Below the pieces are notes generated by a model. That model saw only the letters and a program-made list of their open reading frames with translations, did not search any database and was not told the origin of the DNA. Positions 8,150 through 18,255 of a stretch of 64,000 nucleotides of DNA are shown piece after piece. The DNA lies in the NCBI GenBank assembly GCA_045591945.1, contig JAZNTU010000046.1, forward strand, positions 9,826-73,825, written 5' to 3'. How positions within the stretch are numbered: the first letter of the stretch is position 1; every line of letters begins with the position of its first letter. The stretch comes from Acutalibacteraceae bacterium. Lineage in GTDB: Bacteria > Bacillota > Clostridia > Oscillospirales > Acutalibacteraceae. The translations under genes were made by a program, and so were the position numbers.

Positions 8150-11100
8150 TTATTTATAGTACTCAACAGCAGCCTTGAACATCTTGATGTCGTAGTTGCC
8201 TGGTACGTTTTTGTAGAGGCCTTCGCCGATACGCTCGCTGTGACCCATTTTACCGAATACTCTGCCGTCTGGTGATGTGATACCTTCAATTGCAAACATT
8301 GAATCGTTTGGATTAAAGTGAACATCACTTGTTGCATTGCCTTCAAGGTCAACGTACTGTGTTGCAATCTGTCCGTTTGCTGCAAGCTCTCTGATAAGCT
8401 CTTCGCTTGCAAGGAAACGACCTTCACCGTGAGAAATCGGAACGTTGTAGATTTCGCCAACCTCTGTTAGTGCAAGCCAAGGAGATTTGTTTGAAGCAAT
8501 TCTTGTTCTGACAATTCTTGACTGGTGGCGTGCAATTGTGTTGTATGTGAGAGTTGGGCAATTCTCGTCTGTATCTATAATCTTACCGTATGGTACAAGG
8601 CCAAGCTTAATAAGTGCCTGGAAGCCGTTACAGATACCGCACATAAGGCCATCTCTGTTTTCAAGAAGGTCTGTTACACCCTCTTTAACAGCAGCATTAC
8701 GGAAGAAGGCTGTAATGAATTTACCTGAACCGTCAGGCTCGTCACCACCGGAGAAGCCACCGGGGATGAATATCATTTGTGCATCCTTAAGCTTTGAAGC
8801 AAATTCATTTACACTCTCTGTAATACCTGCAGAGGTTCTGTTCTTGATAACGATGATTTCAGGCTCTGCACCTGCATCACGAACAGCCTTTGCTGAATCG
8901 AATTCGCAGTTTGTACCCGGGAATGCAGGGATGAGAATCTTTGGCTTTGCAACCTTAATTGCAGGAGCCTTGCGCTCTGTTGCGCTGAATGAGAAGTTCT
9001 CAACCTTTGTGCCTGTATCTGCAATGTTACAGCTATATACAGACTCAAGCTTATCCTCGTAAATCTTGAGAACGTCTGTTAAATCAAGGCTTTCGCCCTT
9101 GTATGTGAACACAGCGCTCTCTGTAACTGTACCGATAAGCTGTTCATCTAAAGCCTCTGTTGCTTCAAGGATAAATGAAGCGTAATTGTATGCAAAAATA
9201 TCCTCAAGTGTAAGAGCATCATCAAAAGCAAAGCCTAAGCCGTTACCGAATGCCATCTTCATAACTGCCTCTGCAACGCCACCCATACCAGGTGTGTAGC
9301 AGGAAACAGCCTTGCCTGAACGGAGAAGCTCACAAACCTTATCGAACACTGCAATAAGAGAGTCTGTTACAGGAAGTCCGTTTGCATCAAACTCAGGCTT
9401 AACAATGTAAACCTTATTGCCTGCCTTTTTAAATTCAGGTGAAACAATATCCTTAACCTTCTCTGTTGTTACAGCAAAGGAAACGAGTGTTGGTGGAACG
9501 TCTAAATCCTCAAACGTACCACTCATAGAGTCCTTACCACCGATTGAGCCTACGCCCAACTGCTTCTGTGCACGGAATGCACCGAGAAGTGCTGCAAGTG
9601 GCTTACCCCAACGCTTTGGCTCTTTGTTTACACGCTCAAAGTATTCCTGGAAGGTAAGGTAAACATCCTCAAACTTTGCGCCTGTAGCAATAAGCTTACA
9701 AATTGATTCAACAACTGCAAGGTATGCGCCGTGGTATGGGCTCTTTTCTGTAATGAATGGGTTATAGCCCCAAGCCATAAGTGAACAATCGTCTGTATGC
9801 TTTTTCTCAACGGAAATCTTCTGTACCATTGCCTGAATTGGTGTGAGCTGATACTTTCCACCAAATGGCATAAGCACTGTACCTGCACCGATTGTAGAGT
9901 CAAAACGCTCTGAAAGGCCACGCTTTGAGCAGATATTAAGGTCATCTGCCATAGCACGCATATTATCTGTAAACGTGCCTGTAACAGCCTTATCGTAGCT
10001 TTCAGGCTTTGCAGCCTCAACGTTAACGTGCTTATCTGCACCGTTGGAGTTAAGGAATTCTCTTGAAATGTTACAAATAACGTTTCCGTTCCAGGTCATT
10101 ACAAGCCTTGCCTCTTCAGTAACAACTGCAACAGGACAAGCCTGAAGGTTTTCGGTAGCAGCAAGCTGGAGGAAGCGCTCAACGTTTTCCTTTTCTACTA
10201 CAACAGCCATTCTTTCCTGTGATTCGGAAATTGCAAGCTCTGTACCATCAAGACCCTCGTACTTCTTTGGTACTGCATTAAGGTCAATCTTAAGACCGTC
10301 TGCAAGCTCACCGATAGCAACAGAAACACCACCTGCGCCGAAGTCGTTACAGCGCTTAATCATAAGTGTTGCTTCTTTATTCCTAAATAATCTTTGAAGC
10401 TTTCTTTCCTCCGGTGCATTACCCTTTTGAACCTCTGCACCACAGGTTTCAAGTGAGGTTGCTGTGTGTGATTTTGATGAGCCTGTAGCACCACCACAGC
10501 CGTCACGGCCTGTAGAGCCACCAAGAAGGATAACTATATCACCGGGAGCAGGACATTCACGGCGAACATTCTCCTGTGGAGCTGCTGCTACAACTGCACC
10601 AATTTCCATACGCTTTGCAGCATAACCCGGGTGGTAAATTTCATCAACAATACCTGTTGCAAGGCCGATTTGGTTACCATATGAGGAGTAGCCTGCTGCA
10701 GCTGTTGTAACAATTGTACGCTGTGGTAATTTACCCTTAATTGTTTCGGAAACAGGCTTAAGTGGGTCTGCTGCGCCTGTAACACGCATTGCGCCGTAAA
10801 CGTATGCACGACCTGAAAGTGGATCACGGATTGCACCACCGATACAGGTTGCTGCGCCACCAAATGGCTCAATTTCTGTTGGGTGGTTATGTGTTTCGTT
10901 CTTGAAAAGAAGGAGCCAAGGCTCTGAAACACCGTCAACATCAACGTTGATTTTTACTGTACAAGCATTGATTTCTTCAGATTCATCAAGCTTATCAAGC
11001 TTGCCGTGTACTCTGAGGTATTTAACAGCAACTGTTGCCAAATCCATAAGGCAAATTGGCTTTGTTCTGCCTAATTCTTTTCTTGTTTCAATATATTCCT

Positions 11101-11836
11101 CGTATGCAGACTGAAGGAGCTCATCCTCAAACTTAACATTATCAATAACAGTAAGGAAGGTTGTATGACGGCAGTGGTCTGACCAGTATGTATCTATCAT
11201 TCTGATTTCTGTGATTGTTGGGTCACGGTCTTCAGATTTAAAATACTGCTGACAGAATGCGATATCGTCTGCATCCATTGCAAGGCCATAGTCCTTAACA
11301 AACTTTTCAAGTCCTGCTCTGTCAAGTGCGATAAAGCCTGTGAGAGTTTCAACCTCTGTAGGAATTTGGTAATTCATTGCAAGTGTTTCAGGCTTTTCAA
11401 GTGCTGCCTCCCTTGCTTCAACAGGGTTAATAACATATTTTTTAATTTCTGCAATTTCAGCCTCGGTAAGCTTGCCATAAAGTGCATAAACCTTTGCACT
11501 CTTTACTGTTGGGCGCTCACCCTGTGAAATAATTTGAATACACTGTGCTGCAGAGTCTGCCCTTTGGTCAAACTGACCGGGTAAAAACTCAACTGCAAAA
11601 ACAGTTGCATCCCCTAAATCAACCTCTGCAGATGCAATATCGAGCTGTGGCTCAGAGAAAACTGTTTTAATAGCATAGTTAAAAAGCTCCTCTGTAATAT
11701 TTTCTGCATCATAGCGATTTATAACACGAACATCCTCAAGGGACTCAATACCTAAAAGGGTACGAGCATCACCTAAAAGTGATTTTGCCTCGTTGGCAAG
11801 TTCCTTTTTCTTTTCTACATATACTCTGTATACCAT
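8150..11836 (-). CDS. purL: phosphoribosylformylglycinamidine synthase, large single-chain form with C-terminal glutaminase
   Basis: 1228 aa. It has AIR-synthase-like repeats and a C-terminal class-I amidotransferase motif, LMCGICNGFQAL. Confidence 0.97.
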   Translation of the reverse strand: MVYRVYVEKKKELANEAKSLLGDARTLLGIESLEDVRVINRYDAENITEELFNYAIKTVFSEPQLDIASAEVDLGDATVFAVEFLPGQFDQRADSAAQCIQIISQGERPTVKSAKVYALYGKLTEAEIAEIKKYVINPVEAREAALEKPETLAMNYQIPTEVETLTGFIALDRAGLEKFVKDYGLAMDADDIAFCQQYFKSEDRDPTITEIRMIDTYWSDHCRHTTFLTVIDNVKFEDELLQSAYEEYIETRKELGRTKPICLMDLATVAVKYLRVHGKLDKLDESEEINACTVKINVDVDGVSEPWLLLFKNETHNHPTEIEPFGGAATCIGGAIRDPLSGRAYVYGAMRVTGAADPLKPVSETIKGKLPQRTIVTTAAAGYSSYGNQIGLATGIVDEIYHPGYAAKRMEIGAVVAAAPQENVRRECPAPGDIVILLGGSTGRDGCGGATGSSKSHTATSLETCGAEVQKGNAPEERKLQRLFRNKEATLMIKRCNDFGAGGVSVAIGELADGLKIDLNAVPKKYEGLDGTELAISESQERMAVVVEKENVERFLQLAATENLQACPVAVVTEEARLVMTWNGNVICNISREFLNSNGADKHVNVEAAKPESYDKAVTGTFTDNMRAMADDLNICSKRGLSERFDSTIGAGTVLMPFGGKYQLTPIQAMVQKISVEKKHTDDCSLMAWGYNPFITEKSPYHGAYLAVVESICKLIATGAKFEDVYLTFQEYFERVNKEPKRWGKPLAALLGAFRAQKQLGVGSIGGKDSMSGTFEDLDVPPTLVSFAVTTEKVKDIVSPEFKKAGNKVYIVKPEFDANGLPVTDSLIAVFDKVCELLRSGKAVSCYTPGMGGVAEAVMKMAFGNGLGFAFDDALTLEDIFAYNYASFILEATEALDEQLIGTVTESAVFTYKGESLDLTDVLKIYEDKLESVYSCNIADTGTKVENFSFSATERKAPAIKVAKPKILIPAFPGTNCEFDSAKAVRDAGAEPEIIVIKNRTSAGITESVNEFASKLKDAQMIFIPGGFSGGDEPDGSGKFITAFFRNAAVKEGVTDLLENRDGLMCGICNGFQALIKLGLVPYGKIIDTDENCPTLTYNTIARHQSRIVRTRIASNKSPWLALTEVGEIYNVPISHGEGRFLASEELIRELAANGQIATQYVDLEGNATSDVHFNPNDSMFAIEGITSPDGRVFGKMGHSERIGEGLYKNVPGNYDIKMFKAAVEYYK

Positions 11837-11839
11837 CTT

Positions 11840-13108
11840 TTAATCCTCCAATACCGCAAGTGCCTTTGCACCTATATCACTACGGTAAAATGCGTTGTCA
11901 AAATGAATTTTCTTTACAAGCTCATATGCTGATTTAACTGCAGACCTTAAATCCCCTTCAACTGCAGTAGCACCTAAAACTCTGCCACCGTTTGTAAGGA
12001 GCTTGCCGTCTTTAAGCACAGCGCCTGCAACATATACGTTACCTTCTATTTCAGCTGGGATTGTCATTTCAAAGCCCTTGTCATAGCTTTGAGGATATCC
12101 CTTGGATGCCATTATAACACAAGCTGCACTCTTGTTACTGAATTTAACATCAATTTCGCTTAATTTACCCTCTGTAACGGCTTGCATTACAGTTAAAAGG
12201 TCTGTTTCCAAAAGAGGTAAAACGACCTGTGTTTCAGGGTCACCGAAACGGCAGTTATATTCAATAACCTTTGGACCGTTTGGTGTAAGCATAAGGCCGA
12301 AATAAAGGCAACCCTTGAAGGTTCTGCCCTCGTTATTCATTGCATTGATTGTAGGAATAAAAATCTTTTCCATACACTCTGCTGCAACAGACTCGGTATA
12401 ATATGGGTTTGGAGCAATCGTACCCATACCACCTGTGTTAAGGCCTGTATCGTTATCCCCTGCTCGCTTGTGGTCCATTGATGAAACCATAGGTGCAACC
12501 GTTTTACCGTCTGTAAAGGCAAGCACGGAAACCTCAGGGCCTGTAAGAAATTCTTCAATAACGATATTATCTCCGCTTGAGCCGAATGCCTTATCCTGCA
12601 TCATAGAAACAACGGCTGCCTTTGCTTCATCCCTTGTTTGGGCAATTATAACACCCTTACCTAAAGCAAGACCATCAGCCTTAATAACTGTTGGAATTGG
12701 TGCTGTTTCTAAATACTCAAGAGCCTTTTGCATATCGTTAAAAACCTCGTATGTGGCTGTAGGAATATTGTACTTTTTCATAAGATTTTTGGAGAAAACC
12801 TTGCTACCCTCAATAATTGCTGCATTTGCCCTTGGGCCAAAGCAAGGAATACCCTTTGCCTCAAGTGCATCTACACAACCGAGCACAAGTGGGTCATCGG
12901 GTGCAACAACTGCATAGTCTACGTTGTTTGCTACTGCGAACTCAACTATTTTTTCAATATCCTTTGCACCGATATCAACAAGTTTTGCATCCTTCGCCAT
13001 ACCACCGTTACCCGGAAGGGCAAATATCTCGGTTACACTTTTATTTTCTTTTAACTTTTTAATGATAGCGTGCTCTCTGCCGCCACCACCAACAACCATT
13101 ATTTTCAT
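11840..13108 (-). CDS. purD: phosphoribosylamine--glycine ligase
   Basis: 422 aa starting MKIMVVGGGGREHAI, with an ATP-grasp body. Confidence 0.97.
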   Translation of the reverse strand: MKIMVVGGGGREHAIIKKLKENKSVTEIFALPGNGGMAKDAKLVDIGAKDIEKIVEFAVANNVDYAVVAPDDPLVLGCVDALEAKGIPCFGPRANAAIIEGSKVFSKNLMKKYNIPTATYEVFNDMQKALEYLETAPIPTVIKADGLALGKGVIIAQTRDEAKAAVVSMMQDKAFGSSGDNIVIEEFLTGPEVSVLAFTDGKTVAPMVSSMDHKRAGDNDTGLNTGGMGTIAPNPYYTESVAAECMEKIFIPTINAMNNEGRTFKGCLYFGLMLTPNGPKVIEYNCRFGDPETQVVLPLLETDLLTVMQAVTEGKLSEIDVKFSNKSAACVIMASKGYPQSYDKGFEMTIPAEIEGNVYVAGAVLKDGKLLTNGGRVLGATAVEGDLRSAVKSAYELVKKIHFDNAFYRSDIGAKALAVLED

Positions 13109-13121
13109 ATATGTACCTCAA

Positions 13122-14306
13122 TCAATGATGGAATAAACGCATACCTGTAAATGCCATTGCCATACCGTACTTATTTGCACACTCTATAACAACGTCATCA
13201 CGAATTGAGCCACCCGGCTCTGCAATGTATTTAACGCCACTCTTTTTAGCACGCTCAATGTTATCGCTGAATGGGAAGAAGGCATCGGAGCCGAGAGCAA
13301 CACCATCAATTGTTTTGAAGTACTCTGCAATTTCCTCTGCTGTGAGTGGTGATGGCTGCTCTGTAAAGTATTTCTGCCAAATACCATCTGCACAAACATC
13401 TTCTTCGTTATTATTGATGTAGCCATCAATAACGTTATCTCTGTCAGGTCTGCCTAAGGTTGGCTTGAAAGGAAGAGAGATCACCTTTTCGTGCTGACGA
13501 AGGAACCAGGTATCTGCCTTTGTACCTGCAAGGCGTGTGCAGTGAATTCTTGACTGCTGACCTGCGCCTACACCGATTGCCTGTCCGTCAACAGCATAGC
13601 AAACGGAGTTAGACTGTGTATATTTAAGAGTGATGAGAGCAATTATAAGGTCACGAACTGCGCTCTCAGGCATATCTTTATTTTCGGTTACTATGTTAGA
13701 AAGCAGCTCACGGTTGATTTCGAAATTGTTTCTGCCCTGCTCAAAGGTGATGCCGTAAACCTGCTTTGTTTCGATTGGAGCAGGAACGTAGTTAGGGTCA
13801 ATTTGAACGATGTTGTAGTTACCGTTTCTTTTAGACTTGAGAATTTCAAGTGCTTCAGGCTCGTAGCCGGGTGCGATGATACCGTCGGAAACCTCACGTT
13901 TAATCATAAGTGCTGTTGTAACGTCGCAAACATCGGAAAGTGCTACCCAGTCACCGAAGGAGCACATTCTGTCTGTTCCTCTTGCCCTTGCATATGCACA
14001 AGCGAGGAGTGAATCATCAAGGCCCTCAATATCATCTACAAAGCAAGCCTTTTTAAGCTTATCGGAAAGTGGAACGCCTACTGCTGCAGAGGTTGGGCTA
14101 ACGTGCTTGAAGGAGGTTACTGCAGGGAGTCCGAGTGCCTCTTTAAGCTCCTTTACGAGCTGCCATGAGTTGAATGCATCAAGAAAGTTAATGTAACCGG
14201 GTCTACCACAAAGAATTTCTATAGGGAGCTCTGTGCCATCCTGCATATAAATTTTAGAAGGCTTTTGGTTTGGGTTACAGCCATATTTTAATTCAAATTC
14301 TTTCAT
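13122..14306 (-). CDS. purH: AICAR formyltransferase (AICARFT-only PurH, no MGS-like IMP cyclohydrolase domain)
   Basis: 394 aa starting MKEFELKYGCNPNQ and ending FTGMRLFHH. That is the formyltransferase half of PurH only. Confidence 0.9.
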   Translation of the reverse strand: MKEFELKYGCNPNQKPSKIYMQDGTELPIEILCGRPGYINFLDAFNSWQLVKELKEALGLPAVTSFKHVSPTSAAVGVPLSDKLKKACFVDDIEGLDDSLLACAYARARGTDRMCSFGDWVALSDVCDVTTALMIKREVSDGIIAPGYEPEALEILKSKRNGNYNIVQIDPNYVPAPIETKQVYGITFEQGRNNFEINRELLSNIVTENKDMPESAVRDLIIALITLKYTQSNSVCYAVDGQAIGVGAGQQSRIHCTRLAGTKADTWFLRQHEKVISLPFKPTLGRPDRDNVIDGYINNNEEDVCADGIWQKYFTEQPSPLTAEEIAEYFKTIDGVALGSDAFFPFSDNIERAKKSGVKYIAEPGGSIRDDVVIECANKYGMAMAFTGMRLFHH

Positions 14307-14318
14307 TTTATTCTCTCC

Positions 14319-15035
14319 TTATTTGTTTTTGTTTACGATACGAGAATCATACTTTCCTGTAGCAAGGTCAATATATCTTACAAAAAGTGATACCTTGTTA
14401 TCTGCATTAAGATTTTCCCAGATAAGAGCTGTTAATGAATCAATATCTGTATCGGGAAGCTCAAGTGTTTTTGGCTCACCCTCAAAGCTTGAAAGTGGGT
14501 TGCCATCGCATTTATATGTGTGAATGAATTTTGCCTTACTCTTAAGTGGGTTTGAATATGCATACGTATATCTTTGGCAGGAGGAGCCGTCGCCCTCTGC
14601 TGACTTGAGGATTGACATTGCAAAATTCATATCGCCGTTTTCAAGGTGAATAATACCTGAAATACGAGGTGTGTAGTTTGGAGCATCATCCTCAAACTCT
14701 CTTGTACGAAGCGCCTGCTCAAAGGTCATCTGCTTATCCATAAGCTCATAGATAGTATCTGTTTGGTCACCGTTTGTAACAATAGTTTTGTTACCGAGCA
14801 CTCTTACAGGTGCATAAATAATAAGGTGTGGGTCTACCATTTTTGACTCATCAAATGCCTGAGTTCTGATACCCTCGCCATCCTCTACAAAAACACGGTT
14901 ACGGCTGTTTTCACTTCTGCCCATAATGAAATAAGCTGTGATTGCCTTTGTGCCATCTGCACTTTTACCGATTACTATACCTCTGCCATGATATGGGAGA
15001 GAGTTAAGTTCTTCTTTAAGTGTTTTGATTTCCAT
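14319..15035 (-). CDS. purO: IMP cyclohydrolase, archaeal PurO-like family
   Basis: The ORF track starts at the GTG at 15056, but the ATG at 15035 is preceded by GAAAGGA. The sequence YHGRGIVIGKSADGTKAITAYFIMGRSENSRNRVF is typical of PurO-type IMP cyclohydrolases. Confidence 0.8.
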   Translation of the reverse strand: MEIKTLKEELNSLPYHGRGIVIGKSADGTKAITAYFIMGRSENSRNRVFVEDGEGIRTQAFDESKMVDPHLIIYAPVRVLGNKTIVTNGDQTDTIYELMDKQMTFEQALRTREFEDDAPNYTPRISGIIHLENGDMNFAMSILKSAEGDGSSCQRYTYAYSNPLKSKAKFIHTYKCDGNPLSSFEGEPKTLELPDTDIDSLTALIWENLNADNKVSLFVRYIDLATGKYDSRIVNKNK

Positions 15036-15068
15036 ACTATCTATCCTTTCATTCACAATATTGTGTAA

Positions 15069-15677
15069 TTACTTACTAATAATTTCTTTTGCTACCTTTT
15101 CAACAGACTGAGGTAAAATTATCCACTCGGCGTTTTCCATTACCCTTTTTTGAAGGATTTCAGGTGTATCGCCCTCAAGCACCTCAACTGCCTTTTGCAT
15201 AATAATTTCGCCACCGTCGGGAATTTCGTTTACGAAATGAACGGTTGCGCCTGTTACCTTAACGCCCTTTTCCAATGCTGCCTCGTGCACACGAAGGCCG
15301 TAAAAGCCTTTGCCACAAAAGGAAGGGATAAGTGATGGGTGAACATTTATTATTCTTTTTGGGTATGCACTTGTAAAGCCCTCGCTGAGAATTGACATAA
15401 AGCCTGCAAGAACAATTATATCAATCTCGTTTTCTGCTACGGCATTTTTAATTGCCTGTTCAAATGCCTCTTGAGAGCCAAGCTCCTTTTTAAGAAATAC
15501 TGCTGTTTTTATGTTTGCCTTTGCAGCTCTTTCCAATGCGTAGGCACCTGCATTATTAGAGATAACAAGGGTGATCTCACCGTTTGCTATAACTCCGTTT
15601 GCCTGTGCATCTATAAGCGCCTGTAGATTTGTGCCACCACCTGAAACAAGAACAGCTATTTTTGCTTTTTTGCTCAT
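15069..15677 (-). CDS. purN: phosphoribosylglycinamide formyltransferase
   Basis: 202 aa. KIAVLVSGGGTNLQALID, followed by the INVHPSLIP motif. Confidence 0.95.
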   Translation of the reverse strand: MSKKAKIAVLVSGGGTNLQALIDAQANGVIANGEITLVISNNAGAYALERAAKANIKTAVFLKKELGSQEAFEQAIKNAVAENEIDIIVLAGFMSILSEGFTSAYPKRIINVHPSLIPSFCGKGFYGLRVHEAALEKGVKVTGATVHFVNEIPDGGEIIMQKAVEVLEGDTPEILQKRVMENAEWIILPQSVEKVAKEIISK

Positions 15678-15696
15678 TTTTATAATCTTCTTTCAA

Positions 15697-16746
15697 TTAT
15701 TCAAGAATGATTTTTTCGTCAGCCTCGATGATTTCGCCTATTACGTAAGCATCCTCACCGTTTGCCTTGAGAATTTCGAGTGCTGCTTCAACCTGCTGTG
15801 CAGGAACAACAACGCTCATACCAACACCCATATTGTATGTATTGAACATATCACGTTCAGGAATGTTGCCCCATTTTGCGATTACATCGAAAATAGGAAG
15901 AACCTTAACAGCTGACTTATTTATTTTTGCACACAAGCCATCAGGAATTGAACGTGGAATATTCTCGTAGAAGCCACCACCTGTGATGTGTGAAATACCC
16001 TTTACGTCAACCTTTTCTATAAGAGCAAGGATTGATTTAACGTAAATTCTTGTAGGAACGAGTAAAGCCTCTGCAATGCTCTTGCCACCTAATTCCTCAC
16101 GCTCTACGTAAAGCTCAGGGTTATTGTTATCAATATCAAACACCTTACGGCACAAGCTGAAGCCGTTTGAGTGAATACCTGTAGATGGAAGTGCAATAAC
16201 AACGTCGCCAACGCTCATTTTGTTATTGTCAATCATTTTTGGTTTATCTACAACACCTACTGCAAAGCCTGCAAGGTCGTAATCCTCAACAGGCATTAAA
16301 CCTGGGTGCTCTGCAGTTTCGCCACCTGTAAGCGCACAGCCTGACTGAACACAGCCCTCTGCAACACCACTAACGATTTCTGCAATTTTTTCGGGAATGT
16401 TTTTGCCACAAGCAATATAGTCAAGGAAATATAATGGCTTGGCACCAACACAAACAATATCGTTTACGCACATTGCAACTGCATCAATACCGATTGTATC
16501 GTGCTTATCCATAAGAATAGCTAATTTAACCTTTGTACCACAGCCGTCTGTACCTGAAACTAATACAGGGTGCTCCATACCCTTTGCAAAGGCAAGGTCG
16601 AAGCAACCACCAAAGCCACCAACATCATCCATTGAGCCTTCGTTACGAGTTCTGGCAATGTGTTTTTTCATAAGCTCTACAGCCTTGTAGCCTGCTGTAA
16701 TATCAACGCCTGCTGCTGCGTAGCTTTCTGATTTTGAATTATTCAT
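15697..16746 (-). CDS. purM: phosphoribosylformylglycinamidine cyclo-ligase (AIR synthetase)
   Basis: 349 aa. SYAAAGVDITAGY, then DGCGTK, and an AIRS C-terminal domain. Confidence 0.97.
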   Translation of the reverse strand: MNNSKSESYAAAGVDITAGYKAVELMKKHIARTRNEGSMDDVGGFGGCFDLAFAKGMEHPVLVSGTDGCGTKVKLAILMDKHDTIGIDAVAMCVNDIVCVGAKPLYFLDYIACGKNIPEKIAEIVSGVAEGCVQSGCALTGGETAEHPGLMPVEDYDLAGFAVGVVDKPKMIDNNKMSVGDVVIALPSTGIHSNGFSLCRKVFDIDNNNPELYVEREELGGKSIAEALLVPTRIYVKSILALIEKVDVKGISHITGGGFYENIPRSIPDGLCAKINKSAVKVLPIFDVIAKWGNIPERDMFNTYNMGVGMSVVVPAQQVEAALEILKANGEDAYVIGEIIEADEKIILE

Positions 16747-16779
16747 ATCTATTCTCCTTAAAATATTTTCTGTAATTAA

Positions 16780-18213
16780 TTAGCCTTTACCATTCCAGCA
16801 GTAAGTACAAACCTCATCTGCAGGGAGGCCGATAGCCTCGATAATACCTTCAAGCGTCTGGAATTCCAATGATGCAAAGTTAAGCTTTTCGCAAATAAGC
16901 TTACGCATATTTTGACCACGCTGTGTGGATGCATCGCTATACTCATCTAAATGCTTAAAGCCCTCTTCGCCCTCAAGCTCCATAATGGTTGCCCTTGAAA
17001 TAAGCTCCATTTCGGAGGTTGCTCTTGAAAAATTAAGATATTTACAGCCGTACATTATAGGTGGACAGGCTGAACGCATATGCACCTCTTTTGCACCGTT
17101 TTCGTAAAGGAATTCAACTGTTTCACGAAGCTGTGTACCACGAACGATACTGTCATCAACAAAAAGAAGCTTTTTGCCTTTAATAAGGTCGTGAACGGGA
17201 ATCTGCTTCATTTTTGCTACTCTGCTGCGCTCCTTTTGATTAGAGGGCATAAAGCTCCTTGGCCAGGTTGGAGTATATTTTATAAACGGTCTTGCAAAAG
17301 GAACAGAGCTTTCGTTAGAATAGCCGATTGCGTGTGGTGTGCCTGAATCGGGAACGCCACTTACGTAGTCGATATCCTGAGCAATGCCTAATTCTTTATC
17401 TCTTTTAGCCATTATTTGACCGTTTCTGTAGCGCATTACCTCAACGTTTACACCCTCGTAGCAGGAGGTTGGGTAACCGTAATAGGACCAAAGGAATGCA
17501 CAGATTTTCTTTTTCTTTCGTGCAGGTGACAAAACCTCTACACCATCGCAAGAAACCTCTACAATTTCGCCGGGGCCAAGCTCTTTATAATCTTCGTAGC
17601 CAAGCTTTTTATAGGCAAAGTCCTCGAAGGATACGCAATAGCCATCCGCCCTTTTACCTACAAGCACAGGAAGTCTGCCTACCTTATCCCTTGCGGCAAT
17701 AAGCTTGCCATCCTCTTTAAGAATAAGGATTGAGGCTGTACCGTCTATTACGTCCTGAGCGAATTTGATACCCTCTGCAAAATCACTTTTTTGGTCAATC
17801 ATTGCTGCAACAAGCTCGGAGGCGTTTATGCCTGTAATACCTGTTGTTGTCATAGCGCCAAAGTGACCACCACTAAAGGATAAATACTGATTCACGAGAG
17901 CATCGCTGTTATTTATAATGCCGATTGTACATATAGCATAAAGACCGTGATTGGAACGAATAAGGAGTGGCTGTGCATCACTGTCGCTAATGCAACCGAT
18001 TGCTGTGTTGCCCTCCATTACATCGAGAATATTCTCGAACTTTGTTCTGAACGGTGAATTTTCGATTTTGTGAATTTTTCTTTGCATACCTGCTTCGGGG
18101 CTGACAGCAGCCATACCTGCCCTACGTGTTCCCAAGTGGGAATGATAGTCTACTCCGAAAAAGGTATCAAGAACAGCATCGTTTTTAGATGCTACGCCAA
18201 AAAAACCACCCAT
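16780..18213 (-). CDS. purF: amidophosphoribosyltransferase homolog lacking the N-terminal catalytic Cys
   Basis: 477 aa. The PRT-type motif LLFVDDSIVRGTQL is present, along with Cys residues placed as for an Fe-S cluster (CPPIMYGC, CTYC). The start is ATG GGT GGT TTT TTT GGC with an AGAGGTG RBS, so the N-terminus is MGGFFG rather than M-C-G. Confidence 0.85.
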   Translation of the reverse strand: MGGFFGVASKNDAVLDTFFGVDYHSHLGTRRAGMAAVSPEAGMQRKIHKIENSPFRTKFENILDVMEGNTAIGCISDSDAQPLLIRSNHGLYAICTIGIINNSDALVNQYLSFSGGHFGAMTTTGITGINASELVAAMIDQKSDFAEGIKFAQDVIDGTASILILKEDGKLIAARDKVGRLPVLVGKRADGYCVSFEDFAYKKLGYEDYKELGPGEIVEVSCDGVEVLSPARKKKKICAFLWSYYGYPTSCYEGVNVEVMRYRNGQIMAKRDKELGIAQDIDYVSGVPDSGTPHAIGYSNESSVPFARPFIKYTPTWPRSFMPSNQKERSRVAKMKQIPVHDLIKGKKLLFVDDSIVRGTQLRETVEFLYENGAKEVHMRSACPPIMYGCKYLNFSRATSEMELISRATIMELEGEEGFKHLDEYSDASTQRGQNMRKLICEKLNFASLEFQTLEGIIEAIGLPADEVCTYCWNGKG

Positions 18214-18255
18214 TTGTGCACCTCTGGTTAATATGATTTAAGACTGAAATTTTTA

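Noticed and set aside
8487-9062. Long antisense ORFs inside confidently assigned genes. Examples are 8487..9062, 12435..12917, 24390..25010, 39105..39578, 39679..40131, 48949..49515, 53768..54334, 6327..6818, 1753..2253 and 7963..8460.
   Set aside because: Each lies wholly within, or largely opposite, a gene with strong family motifs on the other strand. They lack RBSs and have skewed, Ser/Leu/Cys-rich shadow-frame composition. I treat them as non-coding.
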